Part shown: one piece after another, positions 38,101-44,192 of the stretch
Layout of the letters: each line of letters opens with the position of its first letter
How positions within the stretch are numbered: position 1 is the stretch's first letter
IMG/VR virus record: IMGVR_UViG_3300048074_000029
Coordinates: 1 to 44,192 of that record
Direction: 5' to 3' (one strand)
From: a virus
Lineage: Duplodnaviria > Caudoviricetes
DNA length: 44,192 nucleotides
Translations under genes and position numbers: made by a program
The notes under the pieces: generated by a model
What the model saw: only the letters and a program-made list of their open reading frames with translations
Told to the model about the DNA's origin: nothing
Database searches by the model: none

Positions 38101-38711
38101 TGAAGGCGATCGAGAAGGCCGACGACCAGATCCAGAAAAGCCAGCCCTCCGCCCGCGGCGTCGACCTTGCGCCGATCTACCGCGAAAAGGGCGAGGCGAT
38201 GCGGCTCCTTTTGCAGTTCACTATGCCCCTGAACGTAGTCTGGCAGAACATCCGCTACGACCTTCCGAACGCGATCAAGAATCACCAGTACAGAACGGCG
38301 ATCGGTATCATGATCAGCTACGCCATGGTAGGCGTCATCCTCAACGCCCTCACATCGAAGGCGCCGCCCCCGGACGAGACCGACGAGCAGAAGCGGAAGC
38401 GGCTCGCCTTCTGGGTGCTCTCCCAGGGCACCGACGCGCTCCCGCTCGTCGGTGCTGACGCGACGCGGATACTCCGCCAGGTCATCACGGGGGAGAAGGC
38501 ACCCACCTTCCCGGACACCGCGCTGCCGGGAATCCAGGGGATCTTCGACAGCGTCAGCCAGCTCACGGAAGGCGACCTCGAGCAGGGCCTTCAGAAGTTC
38601 GCCCAGGGCGCCGGGATGATCCTCGGTGTACCGGTCTCGGGCGTTAAGGAACTGATCCGCGCAGGAGAGGGCGACCTCGGCGCCCTGATAGGAAGACCCC
38701 GTGCCGACTAA
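29145..38711 (+). CDS. Giant polyvalent ejection protein (zincin HExxH, LPD23-like, ART-like, BECR RNase-like and unknown modules)
   Basis: 3188 aa; STAIHEMTH; ARETGW...GEWR; FRAWFGDS.VVD..G.PLVVYHGT; GWLDLPWG...GAGLEHIWKKH; DLVAVHN...LGGLAMPSLAV. Confidence 0.85.
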   Translation: MSDPYETPLSRFEEGEFQKWKQKYAPNDSGFDYDLRGAFKAGVTPDPATGKWPDTFKKPSNPTFSAGSQYSTLAPPAEPKPAASPIPAPPSAGAALAQGKAAALSADRAPGAAGAALAQGKAQAQAAEEPYKEFAVQHPDLIDIDPAEYDLIKQHALAANPDNPEDELYKWGTAFAFSKIIPGTQPEDLIGQVDKLTEWYTGKSQTPKSNYRAVADSWRLGEAMSKYNNLGDDLGTLEAQLEDALSSGDHQAYYALVPQIEKINKDMADQYQFMGQLEDAYPRPLGIDLLKAAAVSAPFTLKAVVSGAAAGAVTGGLGGGAALVGLVAKLASSAATIKEIAGASYLALRESGVNPRLARDLSSFLDAPLQSAIETSLGETAGYLGRFAGVGNLSAKVARRMITQGTWGAVGASIYQYATGIGGEGAENLLQGLSTNGMKAIASVLQEEGVELPTAEAVARQAWSDFSTGVQGAIVLGGPGLVIDIKRNVRAADTVQATKKALATEEKPEATPEPVAVDAAAFANRAAEPLPAGTVIQAREEIEGEQYILKAGNKDSGERAGFVRYELDPETQTARILGFEKAEPNVQAFLVRGLAARLPGWNIEMEPKTGSQTALRDYLIAQNPRGPEAGLQYNEAPAARVDRVTEDYVRERLQEVAPGWQKPDVDLAVKVLPMWARRMGMTGSELADAALSRNVFGQVYNKSAAAQAEGPIPAGAFLPVREGEWTRGLIDMAPKANPSTAIHEMTHAVVNFARQARETPQVAQFLQELEGALGVENGNWEAEFAGWTEEYAPARNIEKTRQDRPLSLSYLEALTYGLEDYFVTGKAPKPELEGLFRKLAQWILDIYEGMKGARVKMSPEMTAYFDDLIGGEGSPFLEGKAGRSEADLAIRDRELGQIPPDALEAQEGAPAAAREERRGIAGARRDLSSARERIAAGEDAEAVARETGWREQNGEWRQDRAFQSAPEYETDERERAVQEGKSAEGAPEPLGPAVFTEKAYPAEPEQLYQGEAERADTSSPEFRAWFGDSTVVDKAGAPLVVYHGTGSVFDAFDPTKARDIGMHFGTKSQAKKFSNDPGAYYLSANTGEGILPDVFSNKDLHFSDIAYELYDEDLITIDQRKILDDKFDTPYYRDMRDRATYEDDRDGGDFWEEYQKEQRNFWEAAKALLLENGVTGIKYENKFEGRGYSYVVFSPSQIKSVFNRGTWDPNDPRILYQFDWGRKIPTEEGAGQAAVDALLEAKYGYAGRIIYRPEVGWLDLPWGNMGNIDKDFAGGAGLEHIWKKHEETDHVISQIAKIAQYGRMEAEPGRNDRRRLFMGPYRMVIQLARDNGKPAPWIVTAFLEEKKRKGTLAAGGNATDTRGYTPSTPSQPTGTAGLASSIPEALPGDVPPGAPERTPSAGKRKLIVRSKPAPGKTLDQNDIKPPESGGGALFQGDRGVGTVVYTFPEDLKGYSDIHSQAQLPASMNVFGRGVVAPSGEIRLGNAGSSHVGLASGLQDAKRFYFGYSREKKSVYVVAKNGMDTDYLQKPAVLQRILSQVFDQYHLSVAGRLQFADALFQGEAEEIGDLVAVHNINASKLAFADKLGGLAMPSLAVINRKIPFESFGDITLVAPKTRIDPKVNPGVKVFNADIYSPRYPSLEYKIDDKKLMPIAEKIADALTPLYAEQNRKPSKYTIAENLKDRFNRHGLEDIEYDRDLVAYWRSVVDKQKSAKKKLVDYKIQTGSEEERFIVWAKETFAPLLDNPQMFKGYTNAGNRRYAPYTLENVAAEMKKAGLQGGEGFNYGLPSIRAVVAKEYKSLEVMKKDKNKILSDEDFEKAKEATGTLFDEILTLAGGNSSRFVDNLIEGIRRKNIRAELEEFGFPGLTDETYEKINILIQVLRDMPTEYFEAKIKGTLSLQSFYGAVIPQSADAKTREILDRNGIRIEEYKDRDKQDRAAAITRLAMALGPVDILFQGEALADSQTRMFQGDGGDEVGVSTLKDIARSFPSWEEFAAFIDGTDFHDADEPQDLGPAARMEWFKAAWQAAREQKPVDLEDWTRRLEADNYSGLIDFLEGIWNEILLPSSMRDLQAEDMEGVDRMREMKGELAETIVAGAQRVGTGRRDFDPRFLRSLAGTIRKNPEEYARIYGEVMAQPEIGKLGAAREREKYADIKDPKIFERMSISQKAVLRERIKDEEFGAAIMSGKVQMDEKALEHIKKMAADQKAAKKKIAALESELKAAEGGLSASERRLAAARAEAARTSQEIGRTRKRIERFLAKGQKVPRGYEEKLRTQEQRAKALRSALQRAGDFEALTAQAKALDARLERIAAAESTPDLLALRSRLQSERRALEPKLAAAGEKWNDLPGLQTYLVKAEALAKAQEKYQTRDAELRARKKLRAEFTRLSNIIMLERRRKQTKDKPATINVTQAKAIAQIQDLLDPHFRSEKTQAQIDQLRAELEANPELSREIPKEWLRRATAKNLNEMSLSELEDMARKVQNLRAFGRAVKKARDRERAERAERLAAEITATMRGGRGFKPPTGYDPEKSFLERWRDRLRGTDYAWLSMRRFSNWMDGGKDGLNVEILHHEMNRHYNEEMRGIDRRTAAILKAFADAGVKPEDWYAQTVDIVGAFPGGATKPLRKSDLMALEMAFRNEDSRAAALYGCFFSETERKAHGPKKQGGDGDLDWFDAEGAKRFEAIRKAIDSVLTPADEQVLFAFALDAESAGSRLAEVVAAVENRIFAFVRNYFPIFRVNAVNEPTDVQITGDVLNRTAGLRRPPKNGFTKSRTTIPPWSQTEIKLDLLTTWLSAIQSQEHYLATAEYAKKLDAVYTNELMREHIRGLLGDPGVEYVKEYITEVKNPGSNQNVKRWDQAIRYLRGNLGAAYLTFRASSTLKQILTNGWASLPYAGPRVLSESFKCMANPVKYLHETEALSTYLKHRTRDLSYQAIKDAKAASGPAKALLAAEKIGVRGLELADRFPVAIAWRACFEKALVEFKGDEVKAIEKADDQIQKSQPSARGVDLAPIYREKGEAMRLLLQFTMPLNVVWQNIRYDLPNAIKNHQYRTAIGIMISYAMVGVILNALTSKAPPPDETDEQKRKRLAFWVLSQGTDALPLVGADATRILRQVITGEKAPTFPDTALPGIQGIFDSVSQLTEGDLEQGLQKFAQGAGMILGVPVSGVKELIRAGEGDLGALIGRPRAD

Positions 38712-40428
38712 GCCGACGAAGAAATACGTATTCGACGGGGACGCCGAGTTCCACGGCGCTATCCAGGCCCGAGGCGGCGTTAACGACCCTAAGGCTGCGG
38801 CCAAGACGCGGGCGCTCGAGGCCAGACTCTCAAGGAACGAAGCCGCCTCGGCCCGCGCCCAGGCGTCCGCGTCCGTTCTGGACGCCCAAACCGCGCTCGC
38901 GGGTGTACGGCTTGAGTTGTCCACGACCAACGTCTCGGTCTCTCGCGCGGGCACGTACTTCCCCGCCGCGATCACGGCCCGGGCGAAGGCGATCGACGGC
39001 GCCTCGTACTACGGCCGGTTCATCATCGCGACCTCGGAGGACGCCAGCACCTGGACTGACCGCTACACCTCGGCGGCCGACGAGAGCTTGCATGCGTACA
39101 CCTTCACGACGGGCGTCTACGTCCGCGTCCGCCTATATGAGAAAGGCGGGATCGGGAACCTCCTTCGGGAAGCGATCATCACCGTCACCGAGGATGTATC
39201 AGCGACGCCGCTGTACTGGGGGCCAAGAACCACGCCTCCCGCTTCGAACTTCAAGGAGGACGACTACTACTTCGACTCGAACGTTCCGGCTTCGGGCGGC
39301 GGCGTCATCCGGTACTACGACGGCTACTCATGGGAGGAGATGACCTCCGCGCACCCGCTCTACCACACGGCGATGGGGAATATAGACATGCTCGCCGATA
39401 TGTGCGAATGGGCGACCAATCAAGCGACGGTTATCGCGGCGGCGACGGCTATCGTACAAAAGCTAGTCGCCTCGGATGCACTTATCAAAAATCTGTATGC
39501 GCTAAAAGTAAAAATACAGCCGGGGGGGAGCCTACGCGGCGGAGATAGATATGATAAAGATGGCGCGATTATTGACCCAGACGAACCCGGGTTTTATTTA
39601 GGAGCCGACGGAGTTCTGGAAGCAAAAGATGTAAATTTGTCGGGATATATTGAGGCCGATTCGGGGAATTTTTTGGCATCAATAAATACCCCTATTATAC
39701 AGGCGCTCCTCGCATCTAACGTTGCGCCATGGACCGCTCCGTCGCCATCATGGCTTGGCTCTGTCCTCATAGCTGCGATGGCTAGTATTATAGATCGGGG
39801 TATTGTACGAGCCACTGGCGTATTTGGTGGGAAGACAGTGGTAGCTATCGAGGTACATAGCACATCTGGCTTCGTCTGGTTTAGCGACCATACTGGTTTT
39901 GTTTTTATGGCCGCCACTACATACACAATCCAAGGGACTATTGATCCATCTGCGGATGGAGAAGTACGCATAAATGGTCCGCTGCTGCCATTCTTGGACG
40001 CAGTGCCTCTTAGTATAGGAGCTAGCGATAATAGATTTAATAATATTTATGCGAGTTATCTTGATGTTGTTAATGGCGTATATGCTGCCGGAGACATCGT
40101 AACGACCCATAATGTCCATGCGACTGAATCAATATATTCTTTTGGAATGCATGATGACACGGTTGGAAACACATGGAAGACTGTATGTTCCCTTCCTGCG
40201 ACTACCCCAAACGCTATAGGTTTTTTGGGCTATTGGGATTCCTATCTTGGATCGGCGGTTCGCCTTACGTTTGCTGTTATGTTTGGAGTTCTAAAAATAC
40301 TTACTTACGATGGCGATATTGCAGACTATGTTGACTACATCAGGGTAAATAGCAACAACCTTCAATTCAGAAACTACGGATCGTCCGGGCATGTGGCATC
40401 TATTTCCGGGATCAAAATGCCGGGGTAG
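38701..40428 (+). CDS. Tail fibre / receptor-binding protein
   Basis: After the ejection genes; beta-rich; low-GC C-terminal half from about 39460. Confidence 0.7.
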   Translation: MPTKPTKKYVFDGDAEFHGAIQARGGVNDPKAAAKTRALEARLSRNEAASARAQASASVLDAQTALAGVRLELSTTNVSVSRAGTYFPAAITARAKAIDGASYYGRFIIATSEDASTWTDRYTSAADESLHAYTFTTGVYVRVRLYEKGGIGNLLREAIITVTEDVSATPLYWGPRTTPPASNFKEDDYYFDSNVPASGGGVIRYYDGYSWEEMTSAHPLYHTAMGNIDMLADMCEWATNQATVIAAATAIVQKLVASDALIKNLYALKVKIQPGGSLRGGDRYDKDGAIIDPDEPGFYLGADGVLEAKDVNLSGYIEADSGNFLASINTPIIQALLASNVAPWTAPSPSWLGSVLIAAMASIIDRGIVRATGVFGGKTVVAIEVHSTSGFVWFSDHTGFVFMAATTYTIQGTIDPSADGEVRINGPLLPFLDAVPLSIGASDNRFNNIYASYLDVVNGVYAAGDIVTTHNVHATESIYSFGMHDDTVGNTWKTVCSLPATTPNAIGFLGYWDSYLGSAVRLTFAVMFGVLKILTYDGDIADYVDYIRVNSNNLQFRNYGSSGHVASISGIKMPG

Positions 40429-40465
40429 TACCCCGTCTCAGGCTGGAATACGTAAGGGAGGCGCG

Positions 40466-41152
40466 ATGAAGTCCGACAAACCGAGCAGAACTACGCGACG
40501 AACAGCCAAGCCGGACTTCATTCCCCTCGATCCCCGCTATGTCCTCGATCGTCTCGCGATTATGGAGAAGGATCAGGCCGACCACCGCGAGTACCAAAAG
40601 AAAGAGGCCGAGATAGCCGCCCGAACCGCCGCGCAGCGGGACCGCGAGATGCTCTCCTCCATCGAAAAAGCGGTAGGGGCCGCGGTCCGCGAAGCATCCG
40701 CCGGTCAGGCGGCCTTTCTCGACGAGCGATTCGGACGCCTGGCTGCCGAGGTTAAGCTGATCGTGGAGCCCCTCCGCTCATGCATCGACGAGGAATCCCG
40801 ACGCCGCGAGCTCCTCGAGGCGGAGGTCCACCAGATACCGGACCGCGAGGAGTTCGAGCGATTCGTTAAGCATGAGGATGCGGACCGGCATGACCTCGAA
40901 TTACAGATCACAGGGGTAGCCGCAAGCTTTCGCTCAGAACTCTTCGACGACGGTGGGGTCGAGCCGCGACTCCGCGCCGTTGAGGACGCAATCCCTAAAG
41001 AGCTCGACGAGCGACTCCGCGCCGTTGAGCAGACGCCCGGAAGAACCGTTCTCACGATCGCGGGGGCCGTAGGGGCAACGGCCCTCACCATCAAGGGGCC
41101 GGCTATTTTCGAATGGCTCAAGCATCTCTTTTCGAAAGGAGTAGCGCCATGA
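40466..41152 (+). CDS. Coiled-coil protein with C-terminal TM segment (lysis module)
   Basis: AAGGGAGG RBS; TVLTIAGAVGATALTI; precedes the endolysin. Confidence 0.65.
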   Translation: MKSDKPSRTTRRTAKPDFIPLDPRYVLDRLAIMEKDQADHREYQKKEAEIAARTAAQRDREMLSSIEKAVGAAVREASAGQAAFLDERFGRLAAEVKLIVEPLRSCIDEESRRRELLEAEVHQIPDREEFERFVKHEDADRHDLELQITGVAASFRSELFDDGGVEPRLRAVEDAIPKELDERLRAVEQTPGRTVLTIAGAVGATALTIKGPAIFEWLKHLFSKGVAP

Positions 41153-41631
41153 GTCGCAGACTCGATCAACTAGCCCAAGCCCCGCAGGAGGCCGCGAAGA
41201 AGGCCCTCGCGGAACTTGAGAAGCAAGGCGACGCCGTTTTCGTAGACTCCACGCGCCGCCTCGACGCAGAGCAGGTGTCTCTTTACGCGCAGGGCCGCGA
41301 GCCCCTCGCCGTCGTCAACGCACTCCGCGCCGCTGTCGGGTTCTATCCGCTCACCGAGGAAGAGAACAAGCGGATCGTCACCAACTGCGACGGCGTGAAG
41401 ATCCGCTCGGCCCACCAGGACGGCAGGGCCCTCGACGTGGTGCCCGCCGTGAACGGAAAGCCGGTCTGGCCCGTTGCATCCGATCCCCGCTGGCGAAAGA
41501 TAGCCGCGGCGTTCACGGCCCAGGGGTTCACCTGGGGCGGGGACTGGGACGGCGACGGTAAGACGCGATCGGACGGCGACCTGGACGAGAAATTTATTGA
41601 CTATCCGCATTACGAGTGGAGGAAGAAATGA
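41149..41631 (+). CDS. Endolysin, M15-family (L-Ala-D-Glu-type) peptidase
   Basis: R...EQ..LYAQGR, SAHQDGRALD (SxHxxGxAxD), WGGDW, DYPHYE. Confidence 0.93.
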   Translation: MSRRLDQLAQAPQEAAKKALAELEKQGDAVFVDSTRRLDAEQVSLYAQGREPLAVVNALRAAVGFYPLTEEENKRIVTNCDGVKIRSAHQDGRALDVVPAVNGKPVWPVASDPRWRKIAAAFTAQGFTWGGDWDGDGKTRSDGDLDEKFIDYPHYEWRKK

Positions 41632-41942
41632 CACTATCCATGTTCCGAGAGGCCCCCGCCCCAGACGGGGCCCCGGGCCCGGTCAGCTTCCGGCGCGTCG
41701 CGGCCGCGGTCCTCCTGGTTGCGGCTCTCGCCCTTTTCGGCGCCGCGCTCGGCGTCGTCCAGCGCATCACCATCGCCGCGGCCTGGGTGGTTTTCATCCC
41801 GGGAGCGGCGTGCCTCGTCGTCGGGTCCCTCATGCCGATCCTGACGACCATCTCCGACGTGCAGGCGATCATTAATGCCGCTCGAGGGAAGACGGCGGGC
41901 GAGTCCGGCTCGATCGGGCTCAAGCCCGGGGCGGCACCGTGA
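41628..41942 (+). CDS. Putative holin (two TM segments)
   Basis: GGAGG RBS before ATG 41628; two hydrophobic segments; after the endolysin. Confidence 0.7.
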   Translation: MTLSMFREAPAPDGAPGPVSFRRVAAAVLLVAALALFGAALGVVQRITIAAAWVVFIPGAACLVVGSLMPILTTISDVQAIINAARGKTAGESGSIGLKPGAAP

Positions 41943-42358
41943 GATGCGCGCTCGCGGTGTTATTGGCCTGCTTCTGCTCGGCATCGCTCTCGGCGCAGGA
42001 GGGATATTCCTTGCCGATCGCTACGCCCCCGGCAGCCTCGGCCAGTCTCTCGACGCAGCTCGACGAGCTCGCGACGATATTAGAGCAATCCATAACCGAC
42101 TCGGCGACGGACTGGGATCTCTTGTCCGAGACCTTGACCTCGCTCTACTCGAGGCTGGAAAAGCTGGCGACGTTATCGCGCGGCTTAGAGCAAGAGAACG
42201 AGTCTATGCGGAAGTCGCTGGACGACTTAGGGATCTCGCTCGATCAAGTGAAGGCGGAGGCCCGGCGGCAGAACCGTGAGCTTTGGGCCTGGAGGATCGC
42301 AGCGGTGCTCGGGTTAGCCGCGGGCGCTGCCGGGATTGGATACGGGCTTACGCGCTAA
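41939..42358 (+). CDS. Spanin-like protein: signal/lipobox, coiled coil, C-terminal TM
   Basis: MRCALAVLLAC..LSAQ signal; heptad region; WAWRIAAVLGLAAGAAGIGYGL; GTGA-coupled to the holin. Confidence 0.7.
   Translation: MRCALAVLLACFCSASLSAQEGYSLPIATPPAASASLSTQLDELATILEQSITDSATDWDLLSETLTSLYSRLEKLATLSRGLEQENESMRKSLDDLGISLDQVKAEARRQNRELWAWRIAAVLGLAAGAAGIGYGLTR
41944..42279 (+). CDS. Embedded i-spanin-like protein (N-terminal TM + coiled coil)
   Basis: MRARGVIGLLLLGIALGAGGIFL then amphipathic helices; lies entirely inside 41939..42358 in another frame. Confidence 0.55.
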   Translation: MRARGVIGLLLLGIALGAGGIFLADRYAPGSLGQSLDAARRARDDIRAIHNRLGDGLGSLVRDLDLALLEAGKAGDVIARLRARERVYAEVAGRLRDLARSSEGGGPAAEP

Positions 42359-42474
42359 AGCGGATGGTCCCTCCCGCATCTTCATCCCTCTAATTTTACA
42401 AATTCGCCGAGGGCTCGACGAGCATTCGGCGAGCCTTAAATGTCTAATACGAGTACATCTCTCCATTATTCCCT

Positions 42475-42505
42475 TGTGCATAACCTGTGAATTGCTTGTG
42501 GATAA
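42475..42505 (-). promoter_or_regulatory. DnaA-box cluster
   Basis: TGTGCATAA 42475-83 and TGTGGATAA 42497-505 match TTWTNCACA on the minus strand; degenerate TGTGAATTG 42486-94 lies between; 11-bp phasing. Confidence 0.75.
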
Positions 42506-42579
42506 CTTTATCTCTAATTTCTCTATGCCCCTTTATAAGTAGGGATTCCAACTAAGCCCACTACAACAACTTGTGCGCT

Positions 42580-42640
42580 TTCTAAGAACGTTCTCGGATC
42601 ATTCTAAGAACGTTCGCGGATCATTCGCGGATCATTCGCG
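42580..42640. repeat. 11-bp iteron-like array
   Basis: TTCTAAGAACG/TTCTCGGATCA/TTCTAAGAACG/TTCGCGGATCA/TTCGCGGATCA/TTCGCG; three GATC sites. Confidence 0.85.
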
Positions 42641-42641
42641 C

Positions 42642-42664
42642 TAATTAATTAATTAATTAATTAA
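42642..42664. repeat. (TAAT)n pure-AT tract, candidate DNA-unwinding element
   Basis: 23 consecutive A/T bases, self-complementary, adjoining the iterons. Confidence 0.8.
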
Positions 42665-42752
42665 GAGAATATTCGCATGCGCGCGCGAAGAGCATAGCCT
42701 ATGCCAAAACATCGCTACACCTCGCAAGAAAAGTTTTCGCAAATTCGCGACT

Positions 42753-42793
42753 CCCTCTTGTGTCGAGGGGCGGCGGGGGGTATGTTACTCGGC
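42753..42793 (+). promoter_or_regulatory. Putative sigma70 early promoter, leaderless, with an operator-like inverted repeat
   Basis: TTGTGT 42758-63, 17-bp spacer, TATGTT 42781-86, ATG 7 nt later; CCCTC-N7-GAGGG 42753-69 spans the -35. Confidence 0.55.
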
Positions 42794-43027
42794 ATGGACA
42801 CTACTTTGGCGAAGAAGATTAAGGCAGGGATGAGCGCGAAGGGATGGACAGCCGCCGCTCTCGCCGGGCAGCTCGTGAGCATCGGGGTTCAGGTGAGCTG
42901 GAGATCCGTAGAGCACTGGGTCCAGGGATCTAGGTGTCCTAGACCCGAGGCGAGGGAGGCCCTCGTCCATCTCGGGATTCTCCCTAATCCCGAAAAGCCC
43001 GCGGCCCCCGCCGAGGCCCGCGCATGA
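42794..43027 (+). CDS. Cro-like XRE HTH regulator
   Basis: KGWTAAALA..L...VSWRSVEHWVQGSRCP HTH pattern; first gene after the origin. Confidence 0.8.
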   Translation: MDTTLAKKIKAGMSAKGWTAAALAGQLVSIGVQVSWRSVEHWVQGSRCPRPEAREALVHLGILPNPEKPAAPAEARA

Positions 43028-43122
43028 AGCGGCGCCCGCGGCTCCGCGTGCTCTGCCGGATCGTCCGGCAGTCCGAGCTCCGCGGCCGCGCGCTCCTCGC
43101 AGCGATCCGGGGGCGCTCATGA
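43024..43122 (+). CDS. Small basic peptide (32 aa)
   Basis: ATGA overlaps on both sides. Confidence 0.45.
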   Translation: MKRRPRLRVLCRIVRQSELRGRALLAAIRGRS

Positions 43123-43337
43123 GCCGCCCCGAGGCCGAGGACCTCCTGTCCTACAAGGAGGTCGCCGAGCGCACCGGCGTGAGCCTGCGGACTGTGGAGC
43201 GGTGGGCCTATGAGGGCCGCGTGCCGGTCTACCGGCCGCCGGGATCCGGGCCGCGGATGAAGTGGTCAGAGGTCCTGGCCTACTACGAAGCGCATCGAGT
43301 TTCTCCGGTGGGGGAGACTGCGCCCGCTAGGACGTAG
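43119..43337 (+). CDS. Excisionase-like HTH (MerR/HTH_17) protein
   Basis: LLSYKEVAERTGVSLRTVERWAYEGRVP.YR. Confidence 0.85.
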   Translation: MSRPEAEDLLSYKEVAERTGVSLRTVERWAYEGRVPVYRPPGSGPRMKWSEVLAYYEAHRVSPVGETAPART

Positions 43338-43361
43338 AACGCCAAGGCAAGGGGGGGGATC

Positions 43362-44192
43362 ATGGGGGACACGGTAGAGAAGGGACTGGCCGTCCTCGAG
43401 GAGCGCAGCGTCGCCGAGGTCACGGCCCAGGTCCAGAAGATCCAGGAGCTCATGCGGTCCGTGATGAAGGACGGCGAGCACTACGGCGCGAGCTTCCCCG
43501 GCGACAAGAAGAAGAACCTTCTGAAGCCGGGAGCGGACAAGCTCTGCTTCACCTTCCGGCTCGAGCCTGAGTACGCGATCGAGCGCGACGACCTCCCGAA
43601 CGGGCACCGCGAGTACCGCATCGTGACGACGATCCGCAGTATGGCGACCGGCCAGGCCGTCGCGCAGGGCGTCGGCTCGTGCTCGACGATGGAGTCCAAG
43701 TACCGCTGGAGAAAGACCTACCTCGAGGCCGATGTCGGATCGGTCCCCAAGGCGTACTGGGACGTTGACCGCAACGCGCCGGACTGCCAGACGCGCCGGG
43801 ACGCGATCCTCGTCGGCCTCTTCGGCCAGGGGAAGTATAAGACCAAGAAGATCGACGGCGCCTGGAAGGTCCTGAAGATCGAGGGCGACGGCGAGAAGGT
43901 CGAGAACCCGGACATCGCCGACACCTACAACACCGTCCTCAAGATGGCGAAAAAGCGGTCCTACGTGGACGCGACCATCACCGCGACCGCGGCCTCGGAC
44001 ATCTTCACCCAGGACGTGGAGGAGATGCTCCCGGAGACCCGGCAGGCCGAGGACGCGCACGCTTCCTATGCCGACGAGCCGCCGCCTCCGCCGTTCGATG
44101 GTGATGCCGCCTTCGACGCGGCCGCCTCATCCGGCCATCTCTTCGACGACCGGCCCGCGCAGAAGGCCGCCGCCCCGAAGCCGCGGACCGTC
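43362..44192 (+). CDS. Putative single-strand annealing recombinase, N-terminal part (continues to 478)
   Basis: Translated by hand: MGDTVEK...LLKPGADKLC...GVGSCSTMESKYR...NTVLKMAKKRSYVDATITATAASDIFTQD; near DUF1351; no stop before the window end. Confidence 0.7.
   Translation, partial: MGDTVEKGLAVLEERSVAEVTAQVQKIQELMRSVMKDGEHYGASFPGDKKKNLLKPGADKLCFTFRLEPEYAIERDDLPNGHREYRIVTTIRSMATGQAVAQGVGSCSTMESKYRWRKTYLEADVGSVPKAYWDVDRNAPDCQTRRDAILVGLFGQGKYKTKKIDGAWKVLKIEGDGEKVENPDIADTYNTVLKMAKKRSYVDATITATAASDIFTQDVEEMLPETRQAEDAHASYADEPPPPPFDGDAAFDAAASSGHLFDDRPAQKAAAPKPRTV
44063..44192. repeat. Terminal direct repeat copy 2
   Basis: Matches 1-130. Confidence 0.97.

Noticed and set aside
38701-40428. Diversity-generating retroelement, expected from the BPP-1-like architecture
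   Set aside because: No reverse transcriptase motif and no TR/VR repeat pair noticed
42580-42664. CRISPR array
   Set aside because: Units are 11 bp and contiguous, with no unique spacers and no cas genes

Overview
The window is an apparently complete, circularly permuted ~44.06 kb high-GC tailed phage genome: bases 1-130 repeat at 44063-44192 and one gene runs across the join. All credible genes are on the + strand, mostly coupled by ATGA overlaps. Gene order around the circle: AT-rich origin-like region (42440-42670), Cro-like and Xis-like HTH genes, a putative single-strand annealing recombinase, DUF1351, a structured RNA block with a tRNA-like element, a truncated replication initiator, RusA, a LexA-like DNA-binding domain, an adenine MTase, a long array of small accessory genes (HNH, Imm5-like, C5-MTase-like, YopX, J-domain), TerS/TerL, a BPP-1-like podovirus head/tail module, ejection proteins including a 3188-aa polyvalent protein, a tail fibre, and a lysis cassette (M15 endolysin, holin, overlapping spanin-like genes that suggest a diderm host). 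I found no integrase, cI, Par system, helicase, primase, polymerase, reverse transcriptase or CRISPR. Most notable: (1) an oriC-like origin with DnaA boxes, 11-bp GATC-containing iterons and a (TAAT)n unwinding element, physically separated from an initiator reduced to its N-terminal domain; (2) a polyprotein whose cargo domains are delimited by a repeated LFQG/LYQG motif just downstream of an HExxH protease; (3) a ~320-nt structured RNA followed by a tRNA-like element with no usable anticodon; (4) accessory genes bracketed by RBS+start-codon direct repeats; (5) a dual-coded spanin-like locus. Family assignments come from recognising motifs by eye, not from database searches.
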